DNA of 64,000 nt from Eledone cirrhosa (GCA_964016885.1 OZ024740.1:160208001-160272000), one strand, 5' to 3'; counted from the first letter of the stretch, positions 13,669 through 28,633 are shown. Notes: generated by a model not told the origin, from the sequence alone. Program-made: numbers and translations.

Positions 13669-13900
13669 TGTAGGAGGTGAGTTTTATTGTAGTACAATAA
13701 AGCAATGCAGATATCGGATAAGAAACATGTTGATATGTTGATTTAAAACTGCAGTATCCACAAGTGTTTTTAACCTTCATATCATGTCCTCCTATTTTAT
13801 CTGATGAAAACACAAATGTTATTGCATGATGATATTTGTTTTTGAAATGCGCATAATAAAATACATGGAACTCATTTAACCATCTTTTGATCTTATATAT
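13669..13900 (+). mobile_element. Short PLE pLTR insertion (inverted tail fragment + direct terminal unit)
   Basis: 13669-13725 is the same tail as at 6514 and 19615. 13728-13900 is the terminal unit of the 34446-37840 family. Confidence 0.8.
13795..13861 (+). ncRNA. Type I hammerhead ribozyme motif
   Basis: TTTTAT-CTGATGA-stem II-GAAA-TGCGCA-TA-ATAAAA. Confidence 0.8.
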
Positions 13901-13931
<31 letters not shown>

Positions 13932-14082
13932 AGATTTTGAGATAATGTTGGTTGTATACCAACACCTCAGTATGCAGGCTGGAGCACTCGACGAAGTGCG
14001 CAAGGTTGGTTTGGTTACTCCGGAGTAGTGTAAAATAAAGTTAAATAAAAAGTCAAATGATTAAAATTTAACTTCGTTTATT

Positions 14083-14139
14083 ACTGCTATATATGTATTT
14101 CAGTGACAGCCATCTTTGGCTGTGACCTCTTCAGGCAGT
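14083..14139 (-). ncRNA. Type I hammerhead ribozyme motif within a probable solo pLTR (about 13933-14393)
   Basis: Minus strand: ACTGC-CTGAAGA-GGT.ACAGCCA/AAGA/TGGCTGT.ACT-GAAA-TACATATA-TA-GCAGT. Confidence 0.8.
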
Positions 14140-14419
14140 TTGAAATAGTATGGTATAGACAAGTACATATGTTGTTGAGGTTTTATAATATTGTCAATAC
14201 TCTGATATGCCCAGTTCCTTGTTGGGTTGTTATTTCACTGAGGAACTGGAATCATATGAATTCAAACAAACGAATTTCAGTGTCAAAGGTCCTCTTCTCC
14301 TCTCATTGGTCAGTTATTAGAACATTCCTCATTCTAAGTGTTGTTATTGTTGGAGTTAGCTTAAAAAATTGATAAAATGGTAGAAGGGACAAATGTATAT
14401 ATATATATATATATGTATG

Positions 14420-14608
<189 letters not shown>

Positions 14609-14609
14609 G

Positions 14610-14686
<77 letters not shown>

Positions 14687-14703
14687 GTATATATATATGT
14701 ATG

Positions 14704-14750
<47 letters not shown>

Positions 14751-15065
14751 GTATGTATATATATATGTATGTATATATATATATGTATATATATATGTAT
14801 ATGTATATATATATGTATGTATATGTATATATATATATATGTATATATATGTATATGTATATATATGTATATGTATATATATATATGTATATATATATGT
14901 ATATATATATATATATGTATATATATATAGTATTTACGTATCGAGAAAGAGAGAAGAAAAAAAAAAAAAATCAAAACAAGATATTTTTGCGAGCAATGAA
15001 TCTTGATGTGGATTTAACCCCCAAAACTCTTTCCGAACTATATAGGGAACACTTGTGATTGTTTA

Positions 15066-15105
15066 TGCCCTTGAGAAGCCCAACTGGGCGAAACGTACGT
15101 AGGTG
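15066..15105 (+). ncRNA. Minimal hammerhead-like motif (CUUGAGA core) in probable pLTR 14930-15160
   Basis: TGCC-CTTGAGA-A-GCCC/AACT/GGGC-GAAA-CGTACG-TA-GGTG. Confidence 0.5.
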
Positions 15106-15163
15106 ATATTTTAAATAAACATGTTTTAACGGTCTATTCTCCGATTTTTCACTTTCCCATATG

Positions 15164-15194
<31 letters not shown>

Positions 15195-15393
15195 GTATGT
15201 ATATATATATATATGTATATATATATATGTATGTATATATATATATATATATGTATGTATATATATATGTATGTATATATATATGTATATATATGTATAT
15301 ATATATATATGTATATATGTATATATATATATATGTATATATGTATATATATATATATATATGTATATGTATGTATATATATATATATATATG

Positions 15394-15450
<57 letters not shown>

Positions 15451-15591
15451 AAAAAGAGATGAAATCGAAAATGCAACTGAAGTCTTATTTTTAAAAAAAA
15501 TATATATATTTATTTGGTTCATTTACCGGTTTCGCAGTTCTTCTGCTTTTCAAAAGGTGAGTTGAGATGGAGGGTCTGTGGTTTTTCTCAC

Positions 15592-15655
<64 letters not shown>

Positions 15656-15676
15656 GTATGTATATATATATGTATG

Positions 15677-15727
<51 letters not shown>

Positions 15728-15742
15728 GTATGTATATATGTG

Positions 15743-15958
15743 AAGGCGTGTGGCTGAGTGGTTAGAGAATTGGATTCGCAATCGTAAGGTTGTGAGTTCG
15801 ATTCCTGGACCAGGCGATGCGTTATGTCCTTGAGCAAGACACTAAATTCCACGTTGCTCCTTCTACCTGGCGTTGCGTCGGATAGATAGTATTAGCAATT
15901 GGAAATACCAACGGAAACATTGTTCCCTCGGTCCGATTCGACGAAAGTCGATCGTTCC
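15743..15958 (+). mobile_element. tRNA-derived SINE
   Basis: A box TGGCTGAGTGG and B box GAGTTCGATTCC, followed by GTCCTTGAGCAAGACACT, a conserved SINE body motif. Confidence 0.8.
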
Positions 15959-15988
15959 TATATATATATATATGTATGTATATATATA

Positions 15989-16390
15989 TCTGGGAAATGG
16001 CCATGCTCAGTGTGTAGGAAAGGAGTAGGCAGAAACTCCATTTTATGTCCCAAATGCAAAGTATGGGTGCATAAAAGATGTAGTGGGTTAGCTAACTAAG
16101 AATATAGATTTTATATGTGGCCGGTGCTCTGGTGCAATACGTAGCAGCAAGTGCCCACATAATACTAGCTCATTCCATTGCACAGATGGTTCTATACAAA
16201 TAGTGGACACCTTCCGTTACCTGGGTGACAAAATCAGCAGTGAGGGAGGGTGCTCTGAAAGTACAGTAGCTAGAGTCAGAACGGGATGAAAAAGTTCAGA
16301 GAGCTTATACCACTATTCGCCGCTAAAGGGTTCTCTCTAAAAATGAAAGGCAGGCTGTATGATGCCTGCATACGAACAGCAAAGTTACTG
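15989..16390 (+). mobile_element. Internal RTE LINE fragment (PHD finger to thumb region)
   Basis: SGKWPCSVCRKGVGRNSILCPKCKVWVHKRC...FRYLGDKIS...KKFRELIPL...[11 protein letters not shown]; same family as 56030-59420. Confidence 0.9.
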
Positions 16391-16418
16391 GCAGTGATAT
16401 ATATATATGTATATATAT

Positions 16419-16507
<89 letters not shown>

Positions 16508-16564
16508 CGAAAGACGTAAAATAAGAAAATTTTAAAAATTAAAAATTAACTTACTAAAATTTTC

Positions 16565-16646
16565 ACTCCAACTAATTAGTTTCTGTAATGGGATAATTAT
16601 AGTTACGCAATGTAACTATCGAGAATTCATTACGTCATCAGGGAGT
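16565..16646 (-). ncRNA. Type I hammerhead ribozyme motif, long stem II, in probable pLTR 16510-17030
   Basis: Minus strand: ACTCC-CTGATGA-C-GTAATG...ATAGTTAC/ATTGC/GTAACTAT...CATTAC-A-GAAA-CTAATTAG-TT-GGAGT. Confidence 0.8.
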
Positions 16647-17067
16647 CTATTCTCAGTTAAGTCCCCAGGCAATGCGCGAACACTAGGAACTCATATAAAA
16701 ATAATAATTCGGTGGATGGAACAGCTAGCGGGGACTGAATTCCATAGCACTGAAAAAGTTCACTGTCTCTGGTCAAGTGGCAGATTCTAAAGAATCAATC
16801 ACGTGACACTGAGGCTAGTCAGTAGGAGTGGGGTGGTATTATGACAAGAGCCTACTACCAGTACATTGAATTAGCAGTGGATTTGGCAAGTTTGCTCAAC
16901 AAATAAATAATTTGGAGTTAAATATAGAGAATTAGTATATTTACCAACATATGCGTACAGATCTACATAACTTATGTAATTGCTAGCATTGGTGTACATC
17001 TGTACGCATATGTTGGTAAATATACTAATTCTCTCTCTCTATATATATGTATATATATATATATATG

Positions 17068-17118
<51 letters not shown>

Positions 17119-17242
17119 GTATATATATAAACATATATGTATATATACATATATTTGTATATATATATGTATATATATAAACATATATATATATATATAT
17201 GTATATATATATGTAACATATATCTATATATCTATATATATC

Positions 17243-17307
<65 letters not shown>

Positions 17308-17387
17308 GTATATATATATGTATATATATGTATATATATATATATATGTATATATATATGTATATATATATATATGTATATATAACA

Positions 17388-17421
<34 letters not shown>

Positions 17422-17433
17422 GTATATATAACA

Positions 17434-17465
<32 letters not shown>

Positions 17466-17576
17466 GTATATATAACAATATATATATATATATGTATATA
17501 TATCTATATATCTATATCTATATATATATATATCTATATATATATATATATGTATATATTTATATATATCTATATC

Positions 17577-17607
<31 letters not shown>

Positions 17608-17675
17608 CTATATATATATATTGTTATATTTGGGGAGGGTCATATTTGCGTAATATTGCCAGAATTAATCGCCGC

Positions 17676-17814
<139 letters not shown>

Positions 17815-17986
17815 CTATATGTATATATATATCTATATATATCTATATCTATATATAGTATATTAGGGAGAGGATCAGGTCTGTATAACACTCCACTTAT
17901 CCAACAGGCAGTATAAGGTTAGCTCGATGTCTGAGGACAGAGCCGTGATATAATCAACAACTAAAACGCCTATAGCATATGCATAT

Positions 17987-18044
17987 CTTTACTTGCTAAC
18001 ATTGTTTCATCCGCACTATAAGTGGGACTCATCAGAGCATAAAG
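17987..18044 (-). ncRNA. Type I hammerhead ribozyme motif near the end of a probable PLE 3' UTR (about 17865-19550)
   Basis: Minus strand: CTTTA-TGCT-CTGATGA-GTCC-CACT/TAT/AGTG-C-GGAT-GAAA-CAATG-TT-AGCA-AG-TAAAG. Confidence 0.78.
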
Positions 18045-18416
18045 GTTGATTACATATCACACAAGCAATAACAAATCCAAGACATTGAAGAAATAAAGAA
18101 TAAAAAATAATAAAAGATAAAAAATATTGAGGAAGTAAAAATAAAAATAAACATTGAAAAGTAAACATTGAAAAATAATTGGAAAATAAGGGGTGCTATC
18201 AGTCACAGTTGGGCGGGGTGCTGTCAACATATAGTTACATACAAGCATACACATGGATAAGAGAACAGACAAGAATAGATAAGATAGATAGGAGTAGGTA
18301 AGAATAGATAAAAAATAGGTGAAAAATAGGTAAAAAATAGACATATAATATATATAAGAAAATATAAAAAACATACATATAAAATATACAGATAATAGTG
18401 ATACAGGGTAAGGAAT

Positions 18417-18640
18417 GAAATAAAATAAAATAAAATAAAATAAAATAAAATAAAGTTAGAATTAAAATTATATAAAATAAAATATAATATAATATAATAA
18501 TAAAATAAGATAAAATAAAATAAAATAAAATAAAATAATATAATAAACTAAAATAAAATAATATAATATAAGATATAATTAAATAAATAAAGTTAAATAA
18601 ATAAATAAAATTAAATAAAATGAAATAAAATAAAGTAAGT
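18417..18640. repeat. (AAAAT)n-like degenerate microsatellite
   Basis: Directly visible. Confidence 0.9.
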
Positions 18641-19559
18641 TGAGATAAGATATATATTTTTTTTAAATATATTTCTTGAATATATCAGGGGCCCACGAAG
18701 GCCCTAAGTGTCACAGTTATCAGTATCACTTGACCATTGCAATGCAATGGAGGCGTCCCAGGTTGGGCAGTCTCAAAAGTTCACTCGAAAGTCACGGGTG
18801 TGCATTCACACAGTTGAGCGGTGGGGTAATCACAAACCGGTTCACACCCGGGCAGGAGTCCAATGGTCAACAGAGGTACATCGAAGGAAGGTAGGAGAAT
18901 TCATGTGCAGCAGCAAGAGGCAGACAAGTGGGCCGAAAGCAAGCAGGTGCAGGCGGGCTAGCCGAAAGCAAGCAAATACAGTTGGGTCAGGCGGGTTAAT
19001 ATGCATACTCAACAGCGCATACAAAAGATATATAAAAAATAGCTTCAAGAGCCAATATCATGAAGTCACCGCATTGGGACATCTCAAGATTATACACACC
19101 AATATGTTCTGCACGTATATGCACATATACACACCACATGCATATGCAGAGACGGTATACATATATATATATTTTTATATACAGACATATACAACCACCT
19201 ACACCCATACACATATAAATGTATACACAGACACACACGCACACACACACAGCGTAGGACACCCGGGTCAAAGCTGATATTAAACACAGAAATATCACAT
19301 TAGGCAAAACCCACCACCACGGATAATACATTCAAAATAAATACATACGAGGAGATGCAGTAAAATAAATCAAATTGAATTCCTACGAAGATAATCATGT
19401 CCGCACGTGCCATTGCCCGATTCAAGTGTACACAGACCGTTAGTAACTACGGAGGGCTATCGGGGCCAAAACGTTACTTTTGGGATAATAACAACGACCG
19501 TTAATATATGGAAGGCCGATCGTGCTAGAAAGACTACAACACCGGGCAATATATATATG

Positions 19560-19594
<35 letters not shown>

Positions 19595-19740
19595 GTATAT
19601 ATATATATATATATGTAGGAGGTGAGTTTTATTGTAGTACAATAAAGCAATGCAGATATCGGATAAGAAGCACTCTACAGTTTGTGGGACTGGAGTATGC
19701 ATAATATAAGATCAAAAGATGGTTAAAGGAGTTCAATATA

Positions 19741-19807
19741 TTTTATTATGCGCATTTCAAAAACAAACATCATCAAATAATAATATTTGTGTTTTCATCA
19801 GATAAAA
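19741..19807 (-). ncRNA. Type I hammerhead ribozyme motif
   Basis: Reverse complement of 22433-22499. Confidence 0.8.
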
Positions 19808-22432
19808 CAGGAGAACATGATATGAAGGCTAAAAAAACACTTGTTGATAGTGCAGTTTTAAATCAACATATGAAAAGTGGTTTTAGATTGATGTGTGATA
19901 TTGGGAAAAATATTTTATTTAGAGAGGGGGGGAGAGAAAAGGATGAAAAGGGAAGGAGATGAGAGGGAGAGATGGGTGATAGAGAGAAAGAGATAGTTTT
20001 TATAACAGAGAGGAGATATATTTTATATAGAGGGGTTGAAAACCGTTGGAAGATACTGTATAAATTAAAAATTTTGAAAATTAACGAAGGGAGGATATGT
20101 GCGAGGAAAAAATATATTATATTTAGGGAGGGGTGGGGGTGGAAAGGATGAAAAAAAGGGGAGGAGATGAGAGTGAAGGTGGAAAGGGAGAGATGGGTGA
20201 TAGAGAGAAAGAGATAGTTTTTATAACTGAGAAAAAGATATAATGTTTTAATATAGAGAGGTTGGGAACCGTTGGAAGATAATGTATAAATTAAAGGAAT
20301 TTGAAAATTAACGAAGGGAAATTATGTATGGAGATAGAGAGAAAAAAATAACGAAGGGAGATTATGTATGGAGATAGAGAGAAAAAAATAATAATTGTGG
20401 GTGAATATTCTAACGTCAAAAGGAGAAATGTAGGAATTTTAAAATTAGCAAAGAGAAAAAGTTTATGTGTAGGATTTGAGAAAAATAATGTGAAGTTAAA
20501 GTTTTTATATTGAATTCATATGTATTAATAATGAGTTCGTTGATGGGGAGAAAAAAATAATAATAAATTAGGGATGAAATTGAGATTAAAAAGATAGAGA
20601 GAAAAAATAATAATGATTGCGGATGAATACTCAAAATGTCAAAAACAAATGTTATTGTTTTACGAGGAGATATAATGAGGGTGATGAGTAAACGGGTATT
20701 ATAGAGTGTATAATGCCCTTTAAAGTAAGGTAGATGGGTATATTTTAAAGAATATATGAGTATATATTAAAAAAAATATATATAATAATAAATTAAGGAT
20801 GAAATTGAGATTAAAAAGATTTATGATAGAGGGAAAAAAATAATAATGATTGCGGATGAATATTCAAAATGTCAAAAACAAATGTTATTGTTTACGAGAA
20901 GATAGGATGCGGGAAAAGAGTAAACGAGTATTATAGAGTGTATAATGCCCTTTAAAGTAAGGTAGATGGGTATATTTTAAAGAGGTGTATGTATATGTGC
21001 CTTTGAGAAAAGATTCTAAATTGATAAAGAATTGAATATTAACTGTATACTTTGTGAAAAGTTCTATGGAATTTATGCAGGCAGATGGAAAACAAATCCG
21101 AGCGTCTATTTATTCCATAATAAATAGACGCTCGGATTTGTTTTCCATCTGCCTGCATAAATTCCATAGAACTTTTCACAAAGTATACAGTTAATATTCA
21201 ATTCTTTATCAATTTAGAATCTTTTCTCAAAGGCACATATACATACACCTCTTTAAAATATACCCATCTACCTTACTTTAAAGGGCATTATACACTCTAT
21301 AATACTCGTTTACTCTTTTCCCGCATCCTATCTTCTCGTAAACAATAACATTTGTTTTTGACATTTTGAATATTCATCCGCAATCATTATTATTTTTTTC
21401 CCTCTATCATAAATCTTTTTAATCTCAATTTCATCCTTAATTTATTATTATATATATTTTTTTTAATATATACTCATATATTCTTTAAAATATACCCATC
21501 TACCTTACTTTAAAGGGCATTATACACTCTATAATACCCGTTTACTCATCACCCTCATTATATCTCCTCGTAAAACAATAACATTTGTTTTTGACATTTT
21601 GAGTATTCATCCGCAATCATTATTATTTTTTCTCTCTATCATCAATCTTTTTAATCTCAATTTCATCCCTAATTTATTATTATTTTTTTCTCCCCATCAA
21701 CGAACTCATTATTAATACATATGAATTCAATATAAAAACTTTAACTTCACATTATTTTTCTCAAATCCTACACATAAACTTTTTCTCTTTGCTAATTTTA
21801 AAATTCCTACATTTCTCCTTTTGACGTTAGAATATTCACCCACAATTATTATTTTTTTCTCTCTATCTCCATACATAATCTCCCTTCGTTATTTTTTTCT
21901 CTCTATCTCCATACATAATTTCCCTTCGTTAATTTTCAAATTCCTTTAATTTATACATTATCTTCCAACGGTTCCCAACCTCTCTATATTAAAACATTAT
22001 ATCTTTTTCTCAGTTATAAAAACTATCTCTTTCTCTCTATCACCCATCTCTCCCTTTCCACCTTCACTCTCATCTCCTCCCCTTTTTTTCATCCTTTCCA
22101 CCCCCACCCCTCCCTAAATATAATATATTTTTTCCTCGCACATATCCTCCCTTCGTTAATTTTCAAAATTTTTAATTTATACAGTATCTTCCAACGGTTT
22201 TCAACCCCTCTATATAAAATATATCTCCTCTCTGTTATAAAAACTATCTCTTTCTCTCTATCACCCATCTCTCCCTCTCATCTCCTTCCCTTTTCATCCT
22301 TTTCTCTCCCCCCCTCTCTAAATAAAATATTTTTCCCAATATCACACATCAATCTAAAACCACTTTTCATATGTTGATTTAAAACTGCACTATCAACAAG
22401 TGTTTTTTTAGCCTTCATATCATGTTCTCCTG

Positions 22433-22499
22433 TTTTATCTGATGAAAACACAAATATTATTATTTGATGATGTTTGTTTTTGAAATGCGCATAATAAAA
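22433..22499 (+). ncRNA. Type I hammerhead ribozyme motif
   Basis: TTTTAT-CTGATGA-AAACACAAATATTAT...ATGATGTTTGTTTTT-GAAA-TGCGCA-TA-ATAAAA. Confidence 0.8.
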
Positions 22500-22536
22500 T
22501 ATATTGAACTCCTTTAACCATCTTTTGATCTTATAT

Positions 22537-22609
<73 letters not shown>

Positions 22610-22626
22610 GTATATATATATATATG

Positions 22627-22698
<72 letters not shown>

Positions 22699-23151
22699 TG
22701 TGTGTATCTATACGTATATACAAGGTATCTGTCAGACGAAGAGCGTCTAACTATGTATCTATGTAAGGACCTGACGCCAAAATACATCCACCACACCACC
22801 ACAAACGCCGCTACCATATACAAAGGCACCACTACCACACCCCCACTCACACGCCAACCCGTCTACTGACAATCGACTAACCTCATACCACAGCCCATCC
22901 CACTAAATAACCTTAACCACCACCATATCATCACATCCACCCCCACATACTCTACACGCCAAGGCCAACACAGCCCACCTCATCCACAGACCGTCACCAA
23001 CATCTCACCATCACATCCACCCCCATATACACTACAGGCCAGTACATCGCCTTGATCCTTCTCACCAATCAAAACATCTCATTTTGTCAAACTCTTGAAA
23101 CTCTGACTTTACCAAATAGCATGCATTTCATTTTCTTATAGCATTTTAAGA

Positions 23152-23238
23152 GGGTCCGTCGAGCTGCCGATTATTGAGTCGGGTAGGATCGATATACATC
23201 GAACCTTGAGCTGATCAGTGGCGAAACGCGCGTCACCT
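23152..23238 (+). ncRNA. Hammerhead-like motif (CCGUCGA core, long stem II) in probable pLTR 22712-23390
   Basis: GGGT-CCGTCGA-GCTGCCGATT...GATCAGTGGC-GAAA-CGCGCG-TC-ACCT. Confidence 0.6.
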
Positions 23239-23390
23239 ATCAATAAATGCAATGAAGGAATAATCAATCGTCCTTTTTATCCTTTCTATATTTTACACTC
23301 TGTGTAGCTCTACACATCATCACAGAAGTGAACCTAAACATCGAGTGGTCACCCGGGTGAACCTGCAGTAACTCCTAGTTACACCCACTG

Positions 23391-23459
<69 letters not shown>

Positions 23460-23490
23460 GTATATATATATATATATATGTATATATATG

Positions 23491-23525
<35 letters not shown>

Positions 23526-23552
23526 GTATATATATATATGTATATATATGTA

Positions 23553-23588
<36 letters not shown>

Positions 23589-23606
23589 GTATATATATAT
23601 AATATG

Positions 23607-23691
<85 letters not shown>

Positions 23692-23709
23692 GTATAGTAT
23701 ATATATATG

Positions 23710-23740
<31 letters not shown>

Positions 23741-23904
23741 GTATATGTATATATATGTATATGTATATATATGTATATGTATATATATATATAGTATATA
23801 TATATATGTATATATATGTATATATATATATGTATATATATATATAGTATATATATATATGTATATATATATATATGTATATATATATTGTATATATATA
23901 TATG

Positions 23905-23959
<55 letters not shown>

Positions 23960-23995
23960 GTATATATATATATATGTATATATATATATGTATAC

Positions 23996-26845
23996 ACAAT
24001 TCAAGAGTAACCAATCTTAAAGAGAGAGATGGTGGAGGAGAGATTGGTGAATTAGTTAGAATCCAATGCATAAAGGCACGTGCTCAATGTGTAATATGCA
24101 GTAGAAAGCAGCTAGGTGGCTGGGTTCATGCAGAAGTTAAGCGCACAAAGCTGGAAATATTCATTAGTTAAGCAAAACAAGACCACAAATTTCACAAGGA
24201 AGACATTATTAAAAGATTGTCAACATATTTCAATTTCATGTAAGGAATGTAGAAAAATAATAATAATAAATTAATACTAATAATGTCCGTTTACAATTGC
24301 TTCGCTACTCCATATAATATTTCTGGATCAAATGACTATGTATCATTAATGATCTGGTTCAGTTGAAAATAATTAACATAGTTAAAGATAGGAGCGGCTC
24401 ATCGAACTTCAAAGGAATATAAATTAAAATAAGGAAAGAATGCGTTGTATCAGTAAGAACATCCTTGATAGGATCATCCCTGGGCTACGGGATGATATCA
24501 CCTACAAGTTGTGGTCCAACACCGGCCAAGTCATTAGATGGTTCTCCGATCTAAGGTCCAAGCAATCTATGAGGTTCATCCAATTTGACATTGACAGCTA
24601 TTACGCTTCAATAACTTCGGAACTTGCTCAACAAAGCATTAACCCTAGCCAGCACCAACTCGGACATAATCAATAATGAGATTGACATCATACTTATGGC
24701 TAGGCAGACCTTCATTGAATTCAACGGAGCACTCTGGACTAGAAAAGGCAGAACAGACAACTTTGACATCACGATGGGCTCAAGTGACTCTGCACAAATC
24801 ACCGATTTAGTTGGAATTTACCTATTTACATACATCAGAGCCGAAATCCAACCCTTGCAAGGCGGAATATACAGGGACCCACGCCCTATTTGCAGTCCAC
24901 AATTGCTCTAATTGGGGGCATTGATTTGCTCAAAAAAAACAAATACATAAATTCTTTAAAAATAACGGTATCTCTATCACAATCGAGCCGGACCATAAAG
25001 TAGTAAACTTCCTAGACGTCACCCTGGATCTTAAAAATAACCTATATTACCCTTACCATAGGTGAAATACTTACATATTATTAGCCTACACTCTAACCAC
25101 CCACCGGCAGTCATCAGAGCAGTAATCAAATTTATCTCGTATAGGATCTCCATGCTATCTGCAAATGAGAAGCTATTTATAAACCATGCACCATATTATA
25201 ATAAGGTTCTTTCTGGATCTGGTTATGAACAGTCCATTTACTATACACCTAAATGCTATAACACAGCAAGTCACCATAATAAACTTAACACTAGAACTAG
25301 AAATACCTTAGCATATAGCCAGATTCACCGGAATTTTAGCAGTAACAGCACCTATACAGGGAATTTTAATGGTGGCAGTGGCCTGCATCCCACTCCAAGT
25401 AGCAAACTAAAAATCAACCCTAGAATATGAATGAGCAATGGGATGACAAATAACAAATGCCCAGGTAATAATAACCCTAGGAAGGCCCCTACCAACTCCA
25501 CTAGAAACCCTAGAAGGAATAGGCCTAGAAATATCACCTGGCTTAACCCACCATTCTCATCTAATCTAGCCACTAATATCCCTAAACGCTTCTTCTCTAT
25601 CCTATCTAAACATTTCCCCCCAAACCATAGATATTACAAACTCTTCAATAAAAATAACATTAAAATCTCATTCTCCACAACACCTAACCTAGCTAGCCAC
25701 ATCGCATTCAGTAACCATCATAAACTAAGACAGTATAACTCCCACAACTCGGTAACACCACCCCTATCAAATACACCACGCCACTACACCAATAATTAAT
25801 CTAGTAGCACACCTCCCCCATCTAATCCGTCTAGCACTGACCTACCGCTTAGGTTAAACTCCCCTACTCTCACTAACCGCAGAAGCAACTGCAACTGCCG
25901 TTACCCCAATGCATGCCCATTAAATGGACACTGCCTAACACCCAACATAGTCTATAGGTGCACGGTTAAAACTGCTTCGAATACCAGCTCTTATATCGGG
26001 TCTACATCTAACCCTTTTAAGGTACGCTATAACGCGCACTCTTTTTCCTTCCGAGACCCTAACAACAGATTTTCTATATCTCTAGCTAGGCTCATTAAAA
26101 ACCTTAAATTAACCAACATTGAACACTCACTAAAATGGGATATCTTAGCTAGGGCCCAACCGTTCAATGGACGGAGAAAATCTTGTGATCTTTGTATTAC
26201 CCAAGCATATTACATAACTTTATCACGACCTCTACCGATTAACGATAGAACGGAGGTAACAATAACGATAGAACGGAGGTAACAATTAGTTGTCAACATC
26301 GAAGGGCTAATTCCATCACCAACAGAATATTTGACCCAACATAGTCATCTATCCCCATTTTTACTTGTAGCTAATAAGTTAAATAGCTATAACTAACTTA
26401 GATAATTATAAGTTACCTCCCTTGCATTGTCTCTCAATTAAAAAATTAAAAGATTAGCACTTAACTATAAACTACCCACAATTTTTAATCTCTCGAGGAG
26501 TTACTTCCACTGAAACTACCCGCTAATTAGTAAGGTAAGTATGTCCATTGGCGGCCATCTTGTTACCTATTGGCAGATCACACACAATGCAGCCTCGATA
26601 GAAGAGTACTGCTTGATTATGGCAGACAATTGATACACCCAGGACACCATAGTAAAATATCAATATATGGAACATTATATTTATGTAACATCCTTTCCTT
26701 ATTTTAATTTATATTCCTTTGAAGTTCTTTAACTATGTTAATTATTTTTAACTAAACCAGATCATTAATGATATATAGTCATTTGATCCAGAAATATTAT
26801 ATGAAGTAGCGAAACAATTGTAAACAGACATTATTATTATTAATA
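23996..26845 (+). mobile_element. Degenerate PLE: inverted pLTR with tail (23996-24442) + RT/EN (24443-26345) + 3' UTR
   Basis: SKNILDRIIP, FIQFDIDSYY, NFDITMGSSDSAQITDLVG, GGIYRD, RNITWLNPPF, CNCR..ACPLNGHCL..NIVY, YIGST, KWDIL, CDLC and CQH, with frameshifts and stops. About 24270-24442 is inverted relative to about 26688-26845. Confidence 0.9.
24289..24409 (-). ncRNA. Decayed hammerhead motif with ~80-nt stem II insert
   Basis: Minus strand: GTT-CGATGA-GCCGCTCC...GGAGTAGC-GAAG-CAATTG-TA-AAC. The direct copy (about 26722-26825) keeps GAAA-CAATTG-TA but has lost the 5' core. Confidence 0.45.
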
Positions 26846-26851
26846 TTATGA

Positions 26852-27180
26852 TCTGAGTTCAAATCCCGCCGAGGTTGACTTTGCCTTTCATCCTTACGGG
26901 GTCGATAAAAAAAAGTACCAGTAATGCACTGGTTGATTGCTGGCCTTGTGCCTAAAGTAGAAACAATTATTATTATTAATATTATTAAAGGGCAGTGAAT
27001 TGGCAGTATCGGTAGAGGGTCGGACGCCATGCTTTGACGTATAGAGTTACGGCCCTTGCCATTCTGAGTTCAAATCCCGCCGAGGTTAACTTTGCCTTTC
27101 ATCCTTATGGGGTCGATAAAATAAAGTACCAGTAATCTACTGGATAAATTGCTGGCCTTGTGCCAAAAGTAGAAACAATT
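26852..27180 (+). mobile_element. Tandem pair of cephalopod-type SINEs (Nin-like domain)
   Basis: GAGTTCAAATCCCGCCGAGGTT-ACTTTGCCTTTCATCCTTA.GGGGTCGATAAAA..GTACCAGT..GCTGGCCTTGTGCC.AAAGTAGAAAC occurs twice, each with an (ATT)n tail. Confidence 0.85.
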
Positions 27181-27295
27181 ATTATTAATATTATTATTAT
27201 TCTCTACATTCCTTACATCAAAGTAAAATATGTCGACAATCTTTTAATAATGTCTTCCTTGTGAAATTTGTGGTCTTGTTTTGCTTAACTAATGA

Positions 27296-27348
<53 letters not shown>

Positions 27349-27397
27349 CATACATATGTATATATATATACATATACATACATATGTATATATATAT

Positions 27398-27461
<64 letters not shown>

Positions 27462-27480
27462 GTATATATATATACATATG

Positions 27481-27558
<78 letters not shown>

Positions 27559-28254
27559 CATATATATATATATATACATATATACATATATATATATACA
27601 TACATATATATATATATACATATATATATACATATATATATATATATACATACATATACATATATATATATACATATACATACATATATATATATATATA
27701 TATTTATATATATGCATATATCTATATGTATGTGTATATATATATATATATATATATGAGATTAATTTAATTAAATTAAATTATGGGACTCATGTTCGAG
27801 ACATGCGCCATATCCACCGTAGAATAAGCTCAAAGATTCCAATGAATATATCCGAGCATTTTATATAAACCAGAAATTGATTGACATATATATATATTTA
27901 AAATAAACACATGAAACAATCACAGGGGATAATTTGTAAAGTCTGTAATCACACATAGCTAGGTAGGTAACTAATTAGAGTTTAACTACAGCTTCAAATA
28001 TTACCTTTTAAAAAATGATTAATCCTCCTTGTATATATTTCATTAAAGAAATATGTTTCACCGTTAATCCGTAAAGTCACAGTAGTCAAATCTTGGATCT
28101 TCAGCAGAGGGGGGGGGGGGATTTAACGATCTGTGCTTACACATTTAATTCAAATCAGCGAGTGAGCCATCGCACGTGTTGCATTTCTAAAACTACTAAC
28201 AACATGCTAGCGTCACCACATGGACGTGAATAGGGTGATCGACAGCTATAAATA

Positions 28255-28336
<82 letters not shown>

Positions 28337-28480
28337 ACATATATATATATGTATATATATATGTATACATATATATATATGTATATATATATGTATGTAT
28401 ATATATATATATGTGTGTATATATATGTATATATATATATATATATGTGTGTATATATGTATGTATATATATGTATATGG

Positions 28481-28520
<40 letters not shown>

Positions 28521-28633
28521 GTATGTATATATATATGTATGTATATATATGTATATATGTATATATATATATGTATATATATATGTATGTATATATATGT
28601 ATATATGTATATATATATATGTATATATATATG

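Larger units (their letters stand above)
19615..22539 (+). mobile_element. Fold-back PLE insertion: 2.8-kb palindrome of the 3' end of the 34446-37840 family plus tail
   Basis: 19701-21114 is the reverse complement of 21119-22539 (4-nt loop CCAT). The right arm matches about 36440-37840. The tail lies at 19615-19700. Flanked by (TA)n. Confidence 0.92.

Noticed and set aside
15743-15815. tRNA gene
   Set aside because: A and B boxes are present, but there is no proper acceptor stem and it continues into a SINE body.
19615-19702. Conserved short ORF MHTPVPQTVECFLSDICIALLYYNKT in the pLTR tail
   Set aside because: It could be the PLE N-terminus, but the 49956-50042 copy lacks the ATG and frame, so coding status is unsupported.
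28045-28110. Minus-strand CTGAAGA...GAAAC hammerhead-like string
   Set aside because: Stems I and III do not close; at best a decayed motif.
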